Position numbers and translations under genes: made by a program. A stretch of DNA of 64,000 nt from Candidatus Micrarchaeota archaeon (lineage in GTDB: Archaea > Micrarchaeota > Micrarchaeia > Anstonellales > Bilamarchaeaceae), in the NCBI GenBank assembly GCA_040757035.1, contig JBFLYM010000003.1, positions 1,079-65,078 on the forward strand, in the 5' to 3' direction. Of the stretch, positions 53,594 through 63,739 are shown one piece after another (position 1 is the stretch's first letter; each line of letters opens with the position of its first letter). The notes beneath the pieces were generated by a model, which worked only from the letters and a program-made list of their open reading frames with translations, was not told where the DNA came from and did not search any database.

Positions 53594-55564
53594 CTATTTT
53601 GACTCTATTTTGAAAGGCTCAAATGCCCTTCCTCCTCCATAAAAAAATTTAGAATAAAACTCAACTAAATTAAGTCGTCCGCCCTGCACTATACTTTCAA
53701 ACATTGCAAGAGCAGCATTGAAAATATGAATAAGAATAAAAATAGGTATTAATAAAATGCTTTTTTCTGGAACTGGAAGCAAGTTTTCATTAGCAATTTC
53801 TGCAATAATAACTCCAACTATTCCAACCGCTCCGATTCGTGTATATGATAGCACGTTTGACAGGAGTCCAGGAATTTCAAACAAGCCGGTCAATCCCTCT
53901 AAAAATACTATAATTGCTGCACTTGCAATAAATATTAGCATAGTAACATTTCCGGTATCTTTAGAGATAAGACTAAACATAAACGATGCAACTGTAATTG
54001 CTCCGCTGATAAGAACTATGAACCAGCATATTTTAGCAAACGCATGCTTTTTATCATGACCCCATGCATTTATTGCTCCAAGAACAAATCCTATGCTAAG
54101 TTGGGTAATGCCTACTAAAAGCGTGAGCCCTAAGATAAGGGCAAAATTATGACTTCTACTCAAGCCGGTATAAAGTGGATGCGTTATTCCTGAATCAAGT
54201 CCCCATTTACCCAACCATTCTATTAGCGCCAAATGCGAAAACCCAAACCATTCATCAAAAATAACACCAAAAATTATTGTTGCTATTGAAGAAAAAAACC
54301 ATATTTTAGCGATATTCCCAAGCATGCCGGTTTTGAATTTTTGTAGGATATAGGATGAAAGCAAAATGGAAATTAATCCATAACCAACATCCCCCATTAT
54401 CATACCATATATTATTGGTAAAGTGAAAAGCAGAAGAAAGGTTGGATCAAATTCGCTATATTTCGGAAGAGAATATAATTCCACAAGAAATTGAAATGGA
54501 GCAATTGATTTTGGATTGTCAAGAACGATTGGCGCATCATTCTCTTCCTCTCCTTTTACCATCTCCTTTTTAACTAATTCAACTTCGCCTGCAAAATCCG
54601 TTTCTATAAGCTTGACAAGCGAATCTCCATCACTTTTTTTTATCCAGCCTTTAAATGCGATTATTTTATTGCTATTTGCAAATTTTGTCGCGATTACGGC
54701 GCGCGCTGAAAGAACCGATAATTTTTCTTCAAGAATGACCAGTATCGGATAATATTTGTTTTTAAGTTCATTAAGTTTTTTTTCTGTTTCTGCTATGCGT
54801 CCTTTATTTGCAATAGTAGCTGTTTCAATATTTTTTATTTCATTTTTGGAACTGATAAATCCTGCGGGTAATTGAATTTTTTCAAAATTATATTTGGAGA
54901 ATATGGGTTCTATGCTTTCGTTTCTTTTGTAGAATATCAAGGCGATTTCAGTTTCTGCTTTTGCGGCTGCTTTTGTGGTTGCCTTTGGATAAGCGCATAT
55001 CATTTCAAATTCGTTATTGAGATTGCTATCAAGGTCTTTTTTGAATTGTTGGGTTGTATCCTTTTTTATGCTACCGATCGCAAAAGTAAAGTTTTTTGTT
55101 TCAAGTTTTGAGAAATCGATATTTTCAAAACCAGAAATTTTTAAGGTTGTTATTCTTGTTTTTTCTAATTCAGCGGCTTCTGCGATAAGCTCTGCGCGCG
55201 TATCAACGAGCTGCCTGAGTTCTTGATCTATACTTATTTCCGCGGCTTTAGCAAGTGCATTCGAATAATTTATTTCTTCAATAGAATTAATTGGCGTTAT
55301 TTTGCCGTTTGGTATATTTGTATTTCCTTTTTCGCTTCCTTTTTCACTAAAGAAAGGTTGGAGTATGCCTATTAATCCACGTATACGTACGAGTTCGCGT
55401 GAAACATCATCATAAATTTTCAGCGGCTTTCCTTTTTCAAGCCCGACCAATTCAAATTCGTTTATTTCTATTACACCTTTTTCGTGCAATGCAGAGATTA
55501 ACCTACTTTCCGAGTTTTTGGTTGAGACTATGATAATTTTTTCCATCGCGCACGGTTTAAACAT
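53594..55564 (-). CDS. atpI: A/V-type ATP synthase subunit I (a)
   Basis: Hydrophilic N-terminal half plus a C-terminal polytopic domain with a conserved Arg-containing helix (…SYTRIGAVGIVGV…). Confidence 0.85.
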   Translation of the reverse strand: MFKPCAMEKIIIVSTKNSESRLISALHEKGVIEINEFELVGLEKGKPLKIYDDVSRELVRIRGLIGILQPFFSEKGSEKGNTNIPNGKITPINSIEEINYSNALAKAAEISIDQELRQLVDTRAELIAEAAELEKTRITTLKISGFENIDFSKLETKNFTFAIGSIKKDTTQQFKKDLDSNLNNEFEMICAYPKATTKAAAKAETEIALIFYKRNESIEPIFSKYNFEKIQLPAGFISSKNEIKNIETATIANKGRIAETEKKLNELKNKYYPILVILEEKLSVLSARAVIATKFANSNKIIAFKGWIKKSDGDSLVKLIETDFAGEVELVKKEMVKGEEENDAPIVLDNPKSIAPFQFLVELYSLPKYSEFDPTFLLLFTLPIIYGMIMGDVGYGLISILLSSYILQKFKTGMLGNIAKIWFFSSIATIIFGVIFDEWFGFSHLALIEWLGKWGLDSGITHPLYTGLSRSHNFALILGLTLLVGITQLSIGFVLGAINAWGHDKKHAFAKICWFIVLISGAITVASFMFSLISKDTGNVTMLIFIASAAIIVFLEGLTGLFEIPGLLSNVLSYTRIGAVGIVGVIIAEIANENLLPVPEKSILLIPIFILIHIFNAALAMFESIVQGGRLNLVEFYSKFFYGGGRAFEPFKIESK

Positions 55565-55574
55565 ATTCTATCCT

Positions 55575-55934
55575 TTACCCCAGTGAAGACAAAAATAAAT
55601 CAAAAATCGCATCGGTGTTTTTTTTATCCATTTTTTTCGCGCGCAGAATATCCGCTTCTTTTTTTGAATCAGAAATTATTTTTTCTGCGAGTTTTTCGGT
55701 TCTCTCCCTTTCTGCAATAATAAATTTGTTTTTTGTATCCATTGCTTTTTTTTCATAAAATTCGCGCAGCTCAACACCTTTCTCTCTCCCGCATTTAAGA
55801 AGATCGGTAATCTTTTTATCATATTCTGTCTTTATCTTGTCTGATTCACACTCTACAGCGTGGATACTACCAACAAGTTCTTTAAATTCGTTATTTTTTT
55901 CTGAATGTCTTTCCGAATTTTTTTGTTTGTCCAT
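55575..55934 (-). CDS. atpH: A/V-type ATP synthase subunit H
   Basis: Small charged coiled-coil protein at the head of the operon. Confidence 0.55.
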   Translation of the reverse strand: MDKQKNSERHSEKNNEFKELVGSIHAVECESDKIKTEYDKKITDLLKCGREKGVELREFYEKKAMDTKNKFIIAERERTEKLAEKIISDSKKEADILRAKKMDKKNTDAIFDLFLSSLG

Positions 55935-56186
55935 AAAGTCTCACTGAAGTATATCATTTATTTTGAATGAATCTAAGGCATCTTAAGGCATCTGGATAAA
56001 TCCTTTATAAACTCTCGCAATATTAATTTATAATATTAGTTTAGTTAATTTAGTTGATTTAGTTGATTAATTTAGTTAAATAACATAAAATATATAAATC
56101 TGGTCTGAAGCTCTGGTCTGAAGCCGCTTGGTTCGCTACAAACGATGCAAATATAAGAAAGCAAATATGCGAAATGAGGTACATCT

Positions 56187-56786
56187 ATGAAGAAAGGATT
56201 TTCTTACGCAATGATTCCAATAATGATTATTGCAGTAGTAATCATTGTTACAGGTTATTTTACGATATATCCCAAACAAATTTCTTCTTTTAATAGCCAG
56301 ACTTTCTCTAGTGAAGATGAATGCGAAAAACAAACAAAAAAAGATTGTTCTTATGTGACCTGCGATTATGTACCTGCTGGCAAAACATATGAAGAAGTAT
56401 GCGGAAGAGAATTTAAACCAGGCTGGGTTATAACACCAGAAACAGATAGAGAAAGGATGCAACTGTCAGATACAGCTGTTATGGAACAAAGCCGCGAACT
56501 CGCAAGGCAATTTGTACTTCAAGATGAAACATACATGTTTGATGGTGTACAAAACAGTCTTGAATTTGAGAAATATGGAACAATGACATGTATTAATTGT
56601 TGGATATTTGTGTTTAAATTCAATTGCGGGCACTCTGGGTATGGAAATCGCAACGGACAAATTCTTGCACAGGTTATAACGCCTCATACTGCATATATAT
56701 CAGTATCTAATGGAAAAATAATCTCAGCAATATTGGATAAAAAATGGGATATGATTACGGAAAGAACTACCCAGACATATGAATAA
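56187..56786 (+). CDS. Cys-rich membrane-anchored or secreted hypothetical protein
   Basis: N-terminal TM/signal anchor (…MIPIMIIAVVIIVTGYF…), 10 Cys in the ectodomain, GAGGT Shine-Dalgarno motif upstream. Confidence 0.45.
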   Translation: MKKGFSYAMIPIMIIAVVIIVTGYFTIYPKQISSFNSQTFSSEDECEKQTKKDCSYVTCDYVPAGKTYEEVCGREFKPGWVITPETDRERMQLSDTAVMEQSRELARQFVLQDETYMFDGVQNSLEFEKYGTMTCINCWIFVFKFNCGHSGYGNRNGQILAQVITPHTAYISVSNGKIISAILDKKWDMITERTTQTYE

Positions 56787-56829
56787 AAAGAGCGTATACA
56801 GAACCGATTAAATATATAGTTGTTTATCT

Positions 56830-57873
56830 ATGGTTGGCATACTCGGATATGGTGCATATATCCCATCATATAGAATAAAAATAGAAAAAATCGCAGAAGT
56901 TTGGGGTGAAGATCCGCACAGAATTACTAATGGATTGGGGATATTTGAAAAGGCGGTTCCTGCAATAGATGAAGATTCCGCAACAATTGCGGTTGAAGCG
57001 GCAAAGAACGCAATACGCCATGCCGGAATTGACGCGCAAAAATTGGGTGCGATTTATGTTGGAAGTGAGAGCAAGGTTTATGCAGTAAAACCAAACGCAA
57101 CCATAGTTGCTGAAGCGGTTGGCGCAGGTCCAAAAAATTTGACCGCAGCAGATCTTGAATTTGCGTGCAAAGCAGGAACGGCCGGAATTCAAATGCTTAT
57201 GGGTATGGTAAAATCAGAAATGATTGAAGCTGGAATGAGTATAGGTGCAGATACCGCACAGGGAAGACCAGGCGACGCATTGGAATATTCATCAGGTGCC
57301 GGAGGCGCAGCATTTATCATAGGAAATGATAAAGATAGCATCGCAATTATAGAAGACACATATTCGTTTACAACAGATACCCCTGATTTTTGGAGAAGAC
57401 CACACGCTGATTATCCGAGTCATGGAGGAAGATTCACCGGCTTACCTGCATATTTTAAGCATGTGGTAAATGCCACGCAAGGAATTCTTGAGAAATTAGG
57501 AAGAACGCAGGCTGATTATGATTATGTTGTATTTCATCAACCAAACGCAAAATTTCCGCTTGAAGTTGCAAAGAAAATGGAAATTCCTTCTGAAAAATTA
57601 AAACTCGGATTACTTACACCTATAATTGGAAACACATATTCTGGCGCATCAATGCTCGGTCTTGCCAATATACTTGATAACGCAAAACCTGGTGAGAGAA
57701 TACTTATGACTTCTTTCGGAAGTGGAGCTGGAAGCGATTCTTTTTCTATAAAAGTCAGCAATAAAGTTGATGAAAAAAGAGCGCGAATAACAAAAGTAGT
57801 TGATTATATTGCTAATAAGAAATATATAGAATATGCAACTTATCTAAAACATAGAAGAAAATTAAAAATGTAA
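56830..57873 (+). CDS. hmgB: Hydroxymethylglutaryl-CoA synthase (archaeal type, mevalonate pathway)
   Basis: …[14 protein letters not shown]… N-terminus, catalytic Cys region …[10 protein letters not shown]…, thiolase-fold. Confidence 0.85.
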   Translation: MVGILGYGAYIPSYRIKIEKIAEVWGEDPHRITNGLGIFEKAVPAIDEDSATIAVEAAKNAIRHAGIDAQKLGAIYVGSESKVYAVKPNATIVAEAVGAGPKNLTAADLEFACKAGTAGIQMLMGMVKSEMIEAGMSIGADTAQGRPGDALEYSSGAGGAAFIIGNDKDSIAIIEDTYSFTTDTPDFWRRPHADYPSHGGRFTGLPAYFKHVVNATQGILEKLGRTQADYDYVVFHQPNAKFPLEVAKKMEIPSEKLKLGLLTPIIGNTYSGASMLGLANILDNAKPGERILMTSFGSGAGSDSFSIKVSNKVDEKRARITKVVDYIANKKYIEYATYLKHRRKLKM

Positions 57874-58099
57874 TTTACAATGTAAGTTAGAATATAATTT
57901 AAAATGTAATTTAAAAATGTAATGAAAATGTAATAGGTGGTTATTTATGTCAAGCACCCTAACAACTTCAATAACTTCAACAACCCCAATGAAATTTGTA
58001 ATTGTAAAAAGCTATCCTGAATCTAGATATTACGAGATAAAAAAAAGAAACACCGGATTAATTTCATTATTTCTTGAAAAAATTGGATTGAAATAAATC

Positions 58100-59413
58100 A
58101 TGGGTGATTTTGTGAAGATTTTGCTTGTTGGAAATGGAGCAAGAGAGCATATTATTGCAGAACAAATTGCCCGCAGCGCAGAACTTTATGCAATAATGAG
58201 CAAAAAAAACCCAGGTATAGCGAAACTCGCGCAGAAATATTATCTTACCAATATTACAAATCCTGAAGCGGTTGGCTTGTGGGCGATAAAGGAGGATATA
58301 GATCTCGCATTTATAAGTCCTGATGCTGTTTTAGCGGCGGGAATGAGCGATGCGCTGGAAAACGCGGATATTCCAATCGCTTCGCCAGTAAAGGCAGCTG
58401 CGAAAATAGAATGGGATAAATCCTATGCGCGCAATCTGATGAAAAAATACAGTATAAGCGGTTCGCCGAATTTTGAATTGGTGAAAACTAAAAAAGACGC
58501 AATACGCGTAATTAAAGATTTTTGCGAAGTGGCGGTCAAACCAATTGGACTTAGTGGCGGCAAAGGAGTAAAGGTTTCATGCGATCATCTCAAAAATACC
58601 GAAGAAGCGATAGCCTATGCGTGCGAGCTCCTAAAAAAAGACAAACAAGTGCTTATTGAAGAAAAAATAATTGGTGAGGAATTTTCATTACAACTTTTTT
58701 CGGATGGTAAAAGAATATCGCTCATGCCTCCTGTTCAGGATCACAAACGCGCGTATAATAACGATTGCGGGCCAAATACTGGCGGAATGGGTTCTTATAG
58801 CACTGGCAGGCTTCTTCCGTTTATGCATCAGAATGATATAGAGCAAGGAAGATCAATTTCGCAGACAATTATTGATGCGTTGAGAAAAGAAGATGCGCAA
58901 TTCAAAGGCGTGCTTTATACTCAGCTTATGTGCACGCGCGATGGTGTAAAACTAATAGAGTTTAATTCGCGTTTTGGCGATCCGGAAGCAATAAATGTTC
59001 TCTCGCTTTTAAAAACCCAATTTGTTGAGATTTTACAATCCATTGCAGATGAAAATCTTTGCCGCACCAGTTTCTCTGAGAATGCAACAGTGGTTAAATA
59101 TCTTGTTCCAACTGGATATCCTGATAATCCGATTCAGAATAGCGAAATTTTTATTGATGAGAAAAAAATATGGGATTGCGGTGCAAAATACTATCACGCA
59201 TCTGTTTATGAAGACAAAGGAAAAATTTATACTACGAATTCGCGTGCGATCGCAGTTGTAGGAACGAACAATTCGCTAGAAAATGCTGAGGAAAAAGCAG
59301 AAGAAGCGATACGGTATGTACGCGGTCAGCTTTGGCACAGAAAAGATGTTGGAACTTATTCTTTGGTACAAAGGCGGATTGAAAACATGAGAAAATTGCG
59401 GCAGGGTATATAA
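58100..59413 (+). CDS. purD: Phosphoribosylamine--glycine ligase (PurD)
   Basis: …ILLVGNGAREHIIA… N-domain and an ATP-grasp core (…EEKIIGEEFSLQLFSDG…). Confidence 0.9.
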   Translation: MGDFVKILLVGNGAREHIIAEQIARSAELYAIMSKKNPGIAKLAQKYYLTNITNPEAVGLWAIKEDIDLAFISPDAVLAAGMSDALENADIPIASPVKAAAKIEWDKSYARNLMKKYSISGSPNFELVKTKKDAIRVIKDFCEVAVKPIGLSGGKGVKVSCDHLKNTEEAIAYACELLKKDKQVLIEEKIIGEEFSLQLFSDGKRISLMPPVQDHKRAYNNDCGPNTGGMGSYSTGRLLPFMHQNDIEQGRSISQTIIDALRKEDAQFKGVLYTQLMCTRDGVKLIEFNSRFGDPEAINVLSLLKTQFVEILQSIADENLCRTSFSENATVVKYLVPTGYPDNPIQNSEIFIDEKKIWDCGAKYYHASVYEDKGKIYTTNSRAIAVVGTNNSLENAEEKAEEAIRYVRGQLWHRKDVGTYSLVQRRIENMRKLRQGI

Positions 59414-59434
59414 CTTTTGGTTTGCTGAAAATAA

Positions 59435-59794
59435 TTAAATTTTACCCTTGTGGTTTGAAAAAATCTTATTCTTATCAGGTAGGAGTAGGTATGTTGCGTA
59501 AACAGTAGCGTCACTGCTTTTATTGTTTATGTGTATGGGTAACAAACTCAAAATCCTTTGTCTTTCATTTTTAGTGAAGTCAGGTGCGAACTTAATAACA
59601 ACGTTGTATTTTTTTGAACCTATAATAGATTTAATATGCTCTTTAACAGTTTGAATAAGTTTATGTAATCCACCACCAGAAAAACAACGTGTAGAACCGT
59701 TATGTGTTACTGTTATTTCTGAGTGATTTTTTATGTTCATCGTTATACCGTTAAATGATGTATTAAACATATGTTTTCTGCTCAACTTCCTCAC
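59435..59794 (-). CDS. Hypothetical protein
   Basis: ORF only. Confidence 0.3.
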   Translation of the reverse strand: MRKLSRKHMFNTSFNGITMNIKNHSEITVTHNGSTRCFSGGGLHKLIQTVKEHIKSIIGSKKYNVVIKFAPDFTKNERQRILSLLPIHINNKSSDATVYATYLLLPDKNKIFSNHKGKI

Positions 59795-59898
59795 CTCTAA
59801 ACTTTTAGCGTAGTAATATGTATAGATTAATGTATATACACATTTATAAATATATTTCCAACAAAATAACTCAACCCAGTTTTTGGTTCGTAAAAATA

Positions 59899-60915
59899 TT
59901 ATTGAACCAATGGCAGTTCAATAACAAAATTTATCTTATTAATCTCATTATTGGTTGTAATTGAAGCCTCTATTTTTCCCTTATGCTTTTCAATTATTTC
60001 TTTTATTATATGAAGCCCTAACCCACTGCCTTCAAATCCTACAGTATTTTGACCTACCCTAAACCCACACTTAAAAATTTCTTCTAAGTTATTACTTAGA
60101 CGTAATTCATCTGCCGTCTCTTCTGTAATAGAATTCGTGAAGATTAGTTGTGCATTCTCATCGGTTTTTCTGAGAAAAATTTCTATTTTTCCGTCCTTTG
60201 AAATGTATTTAACCGCATTGGTAATTAATTCAGCAATAACTTCAGTGCGGATTTTACCCCAGTCTGCTTTAATAAACACTTTGTCTCGAGGTATATTCGT
60301 GAAAACCGTTATAATGTCTTTCTCCATTTCTTTTGCTAATGCTTTAATCTCGCTCTCAATCTCATCTTTTAATCCTTCCAAACATTTCTGAAGATTTATC
60401 TTTTTCAAGCGTAATGGTGTTGGATGCTTAAGACTATCAGGTGTGATTTCCGAGATATGCTCAGCTATTTCAGTTGTTTGTGTTAGGATCATAACATCGA
60501 CGAATTCTCTAATATCATTAATACTCATTGTTTCAACATCGTTCACTGAAAGGTTTTGCAATTCTAATTCATGTGCTTTGATTGTCGTAATAATAGAGTT
60601 TATTTCTGTTTTCCATTCCTCTAGCGCATGAACGTCTTTATATTTTTGTTGCAAGGATTGTATTTTGTTGTGAACCTCTTTGAGAATCTGAATTTTGTCA
60701 TTCTTCTCGCCGTTCTTCAGATCATTAATTATCAACTGTAAAGCACCATCTAACGATGTAAGTTCGTTATGAATCGTATGCCTTTTATCAGCAAAGTTTT
60801 CTTGAAGTTCAGACCGAAAATTCATCGGGCCTTCAATTTTCGGACTAGGTAGGTCTTTTTGCGATTTTGGATTACATTCTAATAAGTTTGTTTTATTAGA
60901 TTCTTTATAAATCAT
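59899..60915 (-). CDS. Cytoplasmic sensor histidine kinase (HisKA-like dimerisation domain plus HATPase_c), orphan
   Basis: H-box …TIHNELTSLDGAL…. G2 box …GFEGSGLGLHIIKEII…. No TM segment and no adjacent response regulator. Confidence 0.6.
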   Translation of the reverse strand: MIYKESNKTNLLECNPKSQKDLPSPKIEGPMNFRSELQENFADKRHTIHNELTSLDGALQLIINDLKNGEKNDKIQILKEVHNKIQSLQQKYKDVHALEEWKTEINSIITTIKAHELELQNLSVNDVETMSINDIREFVDVMILTQTTEIAEHISEITPDSLKHPTPLRLKKINLQKCLEGLKDEIESEIKALAKEMEKDIITVFTNIPRDKVFIKADWGKIRTEVIAELITNAVKYISKDGKIEIFLRKTDENAQLIFTNSITEETADELRLSNNLEEIFKCGFRVGQNTVGFEGSGLGLHIIKEIIEKHKGKIEASITTNNEINKINFVIELPLVQ

Positions 60916-60970
60916 GGATAATTATGGATGATGAAATTTATAAATATAACTGTTGATTAGCCGTGGAAAA

Positions 60971-61513
60971 TTAGCTCGCTTTATCTATATTTATTATCTT
61001 ATTTTTTTCATTTGGTTCTATTTTTAATCTTCCGTTGAACTTTTTAGAAAAAGCGCGTTTAAGTTCGCTTCCGCTTAATAATCGGTCAAGCATTATCGCA
61101 AGCGCAGCAACCTCACTGTGCGGCTGATTTGTTATTGAGATATTAAAATCAGCAACATCGTAGAACTCGCGCGGTACTTGTCCAGCGCCAACCATTATCA
61201 AAACCTTTGCGCATTTTTTTATTTCGCGAATCTTTTCTGGCAATGGAATGCCATACATAGTAAGGTGAATCAAACAATAACCTTTTTTTCGGTATTCTTT
61301 CGCGATTTTAAGCGGAATTGTTGTATATGTTACCAAAAATTTAGCGCCCCAATTTTCTGCTATTTTTTTTAGACCGCGCTCAAAACCAGAATCGTGTTGC
61401 CCTGAATAGATTATTTCATTCGCTCCAAACGCACGCGAAACAAGTCCGACATGCGTAGTTATTCGCTCATCGCGCGGAAGCCTATGCCCTAATCTTAGTA
61501 CCGAAATTTTCAC
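60971..61513 (-). CDS. trm56: tRNA (cytidine56-2'-O)-methyltransferase aTrm56 (SPOUT)
   Basis: MKISVLRLGHRLPRDERITTHVGLVSRAFGA… characteristic N-terminus. Confidence 0.8.
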   Translation of the reverse strand: MKISVLRLGHRLPRDERITTHVGLVSRAFGANEIIYSGQHDSGFERGLKKIAENWGAKFLVTYTTIPLKIAKEYRKKGYCLIHLTMYGIPLPEKIREIKKCAKVLIMVGAGQVPREFYDVADFNISITNQPHSEVAALAIMLDRLLSGSELKRAFSKKFNGRLKIEPNEKNKIINIDKAS

Positions 61514-61639
61514 AAAACCATCGCACTATTATATATTTGTTATTTTAGAATCCCAACCATCTTTCATATTTTTATTGCTGGTGCCAAACAATCAAAAAAC
61601 TCCTTCCATTGTTCGTCAAACTCTGGTTTGTACATGCAA

Positions 61640-61912
61640 TTACTCTAAATATTTGGCGTACTTGTCCAGCGCCTGTTTCGTAGTGAGCACCTTTCTCTTT
61701 CCTTCGCGTATGTCCTCGTCAATCTGTTCCATCTTCTTTACCGCAAGCTCATCCAAAAGCTCTTCGCGAGATTTTACAACTTGGTATTCTTTCCCCAATT
61801 CAAGAATGCCAGCACGAACCGCTTCAGCTTTTGTCTTGAAAAAACCCGCCTCAACAAGTCGCCTCAGAGTTTCTTCTACAGAACCATCCAAATGTACGAG
61901 TATATCGCTCAT
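61640..61912 (-). CDS. Ribbon-helix-helix (CopG-like) small DNA-binding protein
   Basis: …LDGSVEETLRRLVEAGFFKTKAEAVRAGILEL… RHH pattern. Confidence 0.45.
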   Translation of the reverse strand: MSDILVHLDGSVEETLRRLVEAGFFKTKAEAVRAGILELGKEYQVVKSREELLDELAVKKMEQIDEDIREGKRKVLTTKQALDKYAKYLE

Positions 61913-61936
61913 TCGATCACCTGATAAAGATATATA

Positions 61937-62536
61937 TCAAATTCGTTTTATCGCAATTATTCCGTTTGCGGTTCTTATAAATTGATACCCTACTCCGAGA
62001 TATACTCTTTCTATTTTATTCCCTCTATCTCTAATCATGTCTTCTAAATTTCCCTGCGGCCAGTCAGGACTTATATATGCAACAGCGTAAACATAGTTGC
62101 TTGCTTTTCCGCATTTCTCCCGTTCATCAACAAGCATTTCTCTTATTTCTCTCCCTTCATACATAAGAAGCAGTGCGACATCTTCTAGATAAATTGCATT
62201 TGGTTCTCCATTAACAATATCTCCATTCTTCTCATCATAAAAAACCGGCCATCCGAATCCAACTCCGACAAGCATTCTTTCAACATAAGCTCCGTAGCTC
62301 ATGCCTAATTTCAGTATGTCGGTAATTTGCTGCTTGCTTATTTCCCAGAGAGTTTTGCGCATCAGTGTATAAACATCATCAAGTTCTGCTAAACTAAGTT
62401 TTTTTATTTCAACGTTTTCCAAATCGCTAAAAAGTCCTAGTTTTTTTGGTTTGTCCATCTCTGATTTGCTGCTTGCCAAAATTTCCTTTTTTTCATCAAA
62501 GATTTTTTCTTTAAACGCATTTGGCGTAACAACCAT
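61937..62536 (-). CDS. GNAT-fold acetyltransferase-like protein (tentative)
   Basis: …VGVGFGWPVFY…AIYLEDVALL…YEGREIREML… resembles the GNAT core. Confidence 0.35.
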   Translation of the reverse strand: MVVTPNAFKEKIFDEKKEILASSKSEMDKPKKLGLFSDLENVEIKKLSLAELDDVYTLMRKTLWEISKQQITDILKLGMSYGAYVERMLVGVGFGWPVFYDEKNGDIVNGEPNAIYLEDVALLLMYEGREIREMLVDEREKCGKASNYVYAVAYISPDWPQGNLEDMIRDRGNKIERVYLGVGYQFIRTANGIIAIKRI

Positions 62537-62640
62537 ATCTAACCAAAAGATTAAGATATATGTAGATTTTTAAACCCTTGCAGTTTTACTATACATACTT
62601 TATTGGTTTGCTATATTCCTATTAAAGTCTAATAAAACTG

Positions 62641-63072
62641 GTGATACAATTGATAAAAGGAATTGTAATAATTTCAAAAGATAAAATTGGTCTTCTTGCG
62701 GATATTTCATACATATTTGCAAAAGAAAAAATAAATATAGAACAAATAGATGCAAATTTAGTAGATAACACCGCAATTATTATGCTAGGTGTGGAAAGCA
62801 CAAAATATAAAAAAGCAAAGGCCGCACTTATAAGGAACAAATATCATATACTCGCAGAGAAGTCCTTTGTAGTAAAGCTTGAAGATACTCCTGGATCTTT
62901 CTCTAAATTGACAAAAAAGCTCGCTGACGCAAAAATAAACATCCTTAATGTTCATGTAATTGGAAAAGAAGGTAAATATGTTTATGATTCAATCACTGTA
63001 AACAAACCTAAAGACGCAAAAGATATACTCCGCGATGAGCTAGTAGAAGAACTAATAGAAGAAGCTGAATAA
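62641..63072 (+). CDS. ACT-domain pair regulatory protein
   Basis: Two beta-alpha-beta-beta-alpha-beta ACT-like modules (…GIVIISKDKIGLLADISYIFA…; …FVVKLEDTPGSFSKLTKKLA…). Confidence 0.65.
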   Translation: MIQLIKGIVIISKDKIGLLADISYIFAKEKINIEQIDANLVDNTAIIMLGVESTKYKKAKAALIRNKYHILAEKSFVVKLEDTPGSFSKLTKKLADAKINILNVHVIGKEGKYVYDSITVNKPKDAKDILRDELVEELIEEAE

Positions 63073-63079
63073 TGAAAAA

Positions 63080-63739
63080 ATGAAACTTGACCTTCATATG
63101 CATACTTGGTATTCTCTTGATTCATTCAATGGATTAGAAGAAATAATAAAAAAAACTCGCGAACTTGGGATTATACCGGCAATAACAGATCACAACAATA
63201 TCAACGCGCATGCGCATTTCAAAAAAATAGATAAAGAATTTAATTTTATTCCTGGTGAAGAAATAACAACCAATGAAGGCGAGATTATTGGGCTTTATTT
63301 GAATGAAGCGATAAAAAAAGGCACGCGGTTTTTAGAAACTATTGATCTAATAAAGGAGCAAGGCGGATTGACTTATCTTCCGCATATGTACGATAATAGG
63401 GGATACGGAGTTTCAAATTTAGAACTTGCTAAAAAAGTTGATATAATAGAGGTGTACAATCCAAGATGCCTTTGTTCCGCGCATAATCAAAAAGCAATGC
63501 AATTTGCCGCAGAAAACAAAAAATATTGCGGCGCTGGCTCGGATTCGCACTTTATCTTTGAAATAGGAAATGCATATGTTGAACTGTATAATGAGAATAT
63601 TCTGGATAGCGATATAAGCGAACCAAAAGGATTATTGAAGGCATTGAAAAGCGGTAAAATAATTTCGCGGAAACTAATACTAAATAGCCGTGGAATATCT
63701 AGAATAGCAAGATTCGTGAGGAAATTTTTTCTTTATTAG
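63080..63739 (+). CDS. PHP-domain metal-dependent phosphoesterase
   Basis: MKLDLHMHTWYSLDS…ITDHNNI… PHP motif I/II. Confidence 0.8.
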   Translation: MKLDLHMHTWYSLDSFNGLEEIIKKTRELGIIPAITDHNNINAHAHFKKIDKEFNFIPGEEITTNEGEIIGLYLNEAIKKGTRFLETIDLIKEQGGLTYLPHMYDNRGYGVSNLELAKKVDIIEVYNPRCLCSAHNQKAMQFAAENKKYCGAGSDSHFIFEIGNAYVELYNENILDSDISEPKGLLKALKSGKIISRKLILNSRGISRIARFVRKFFLY

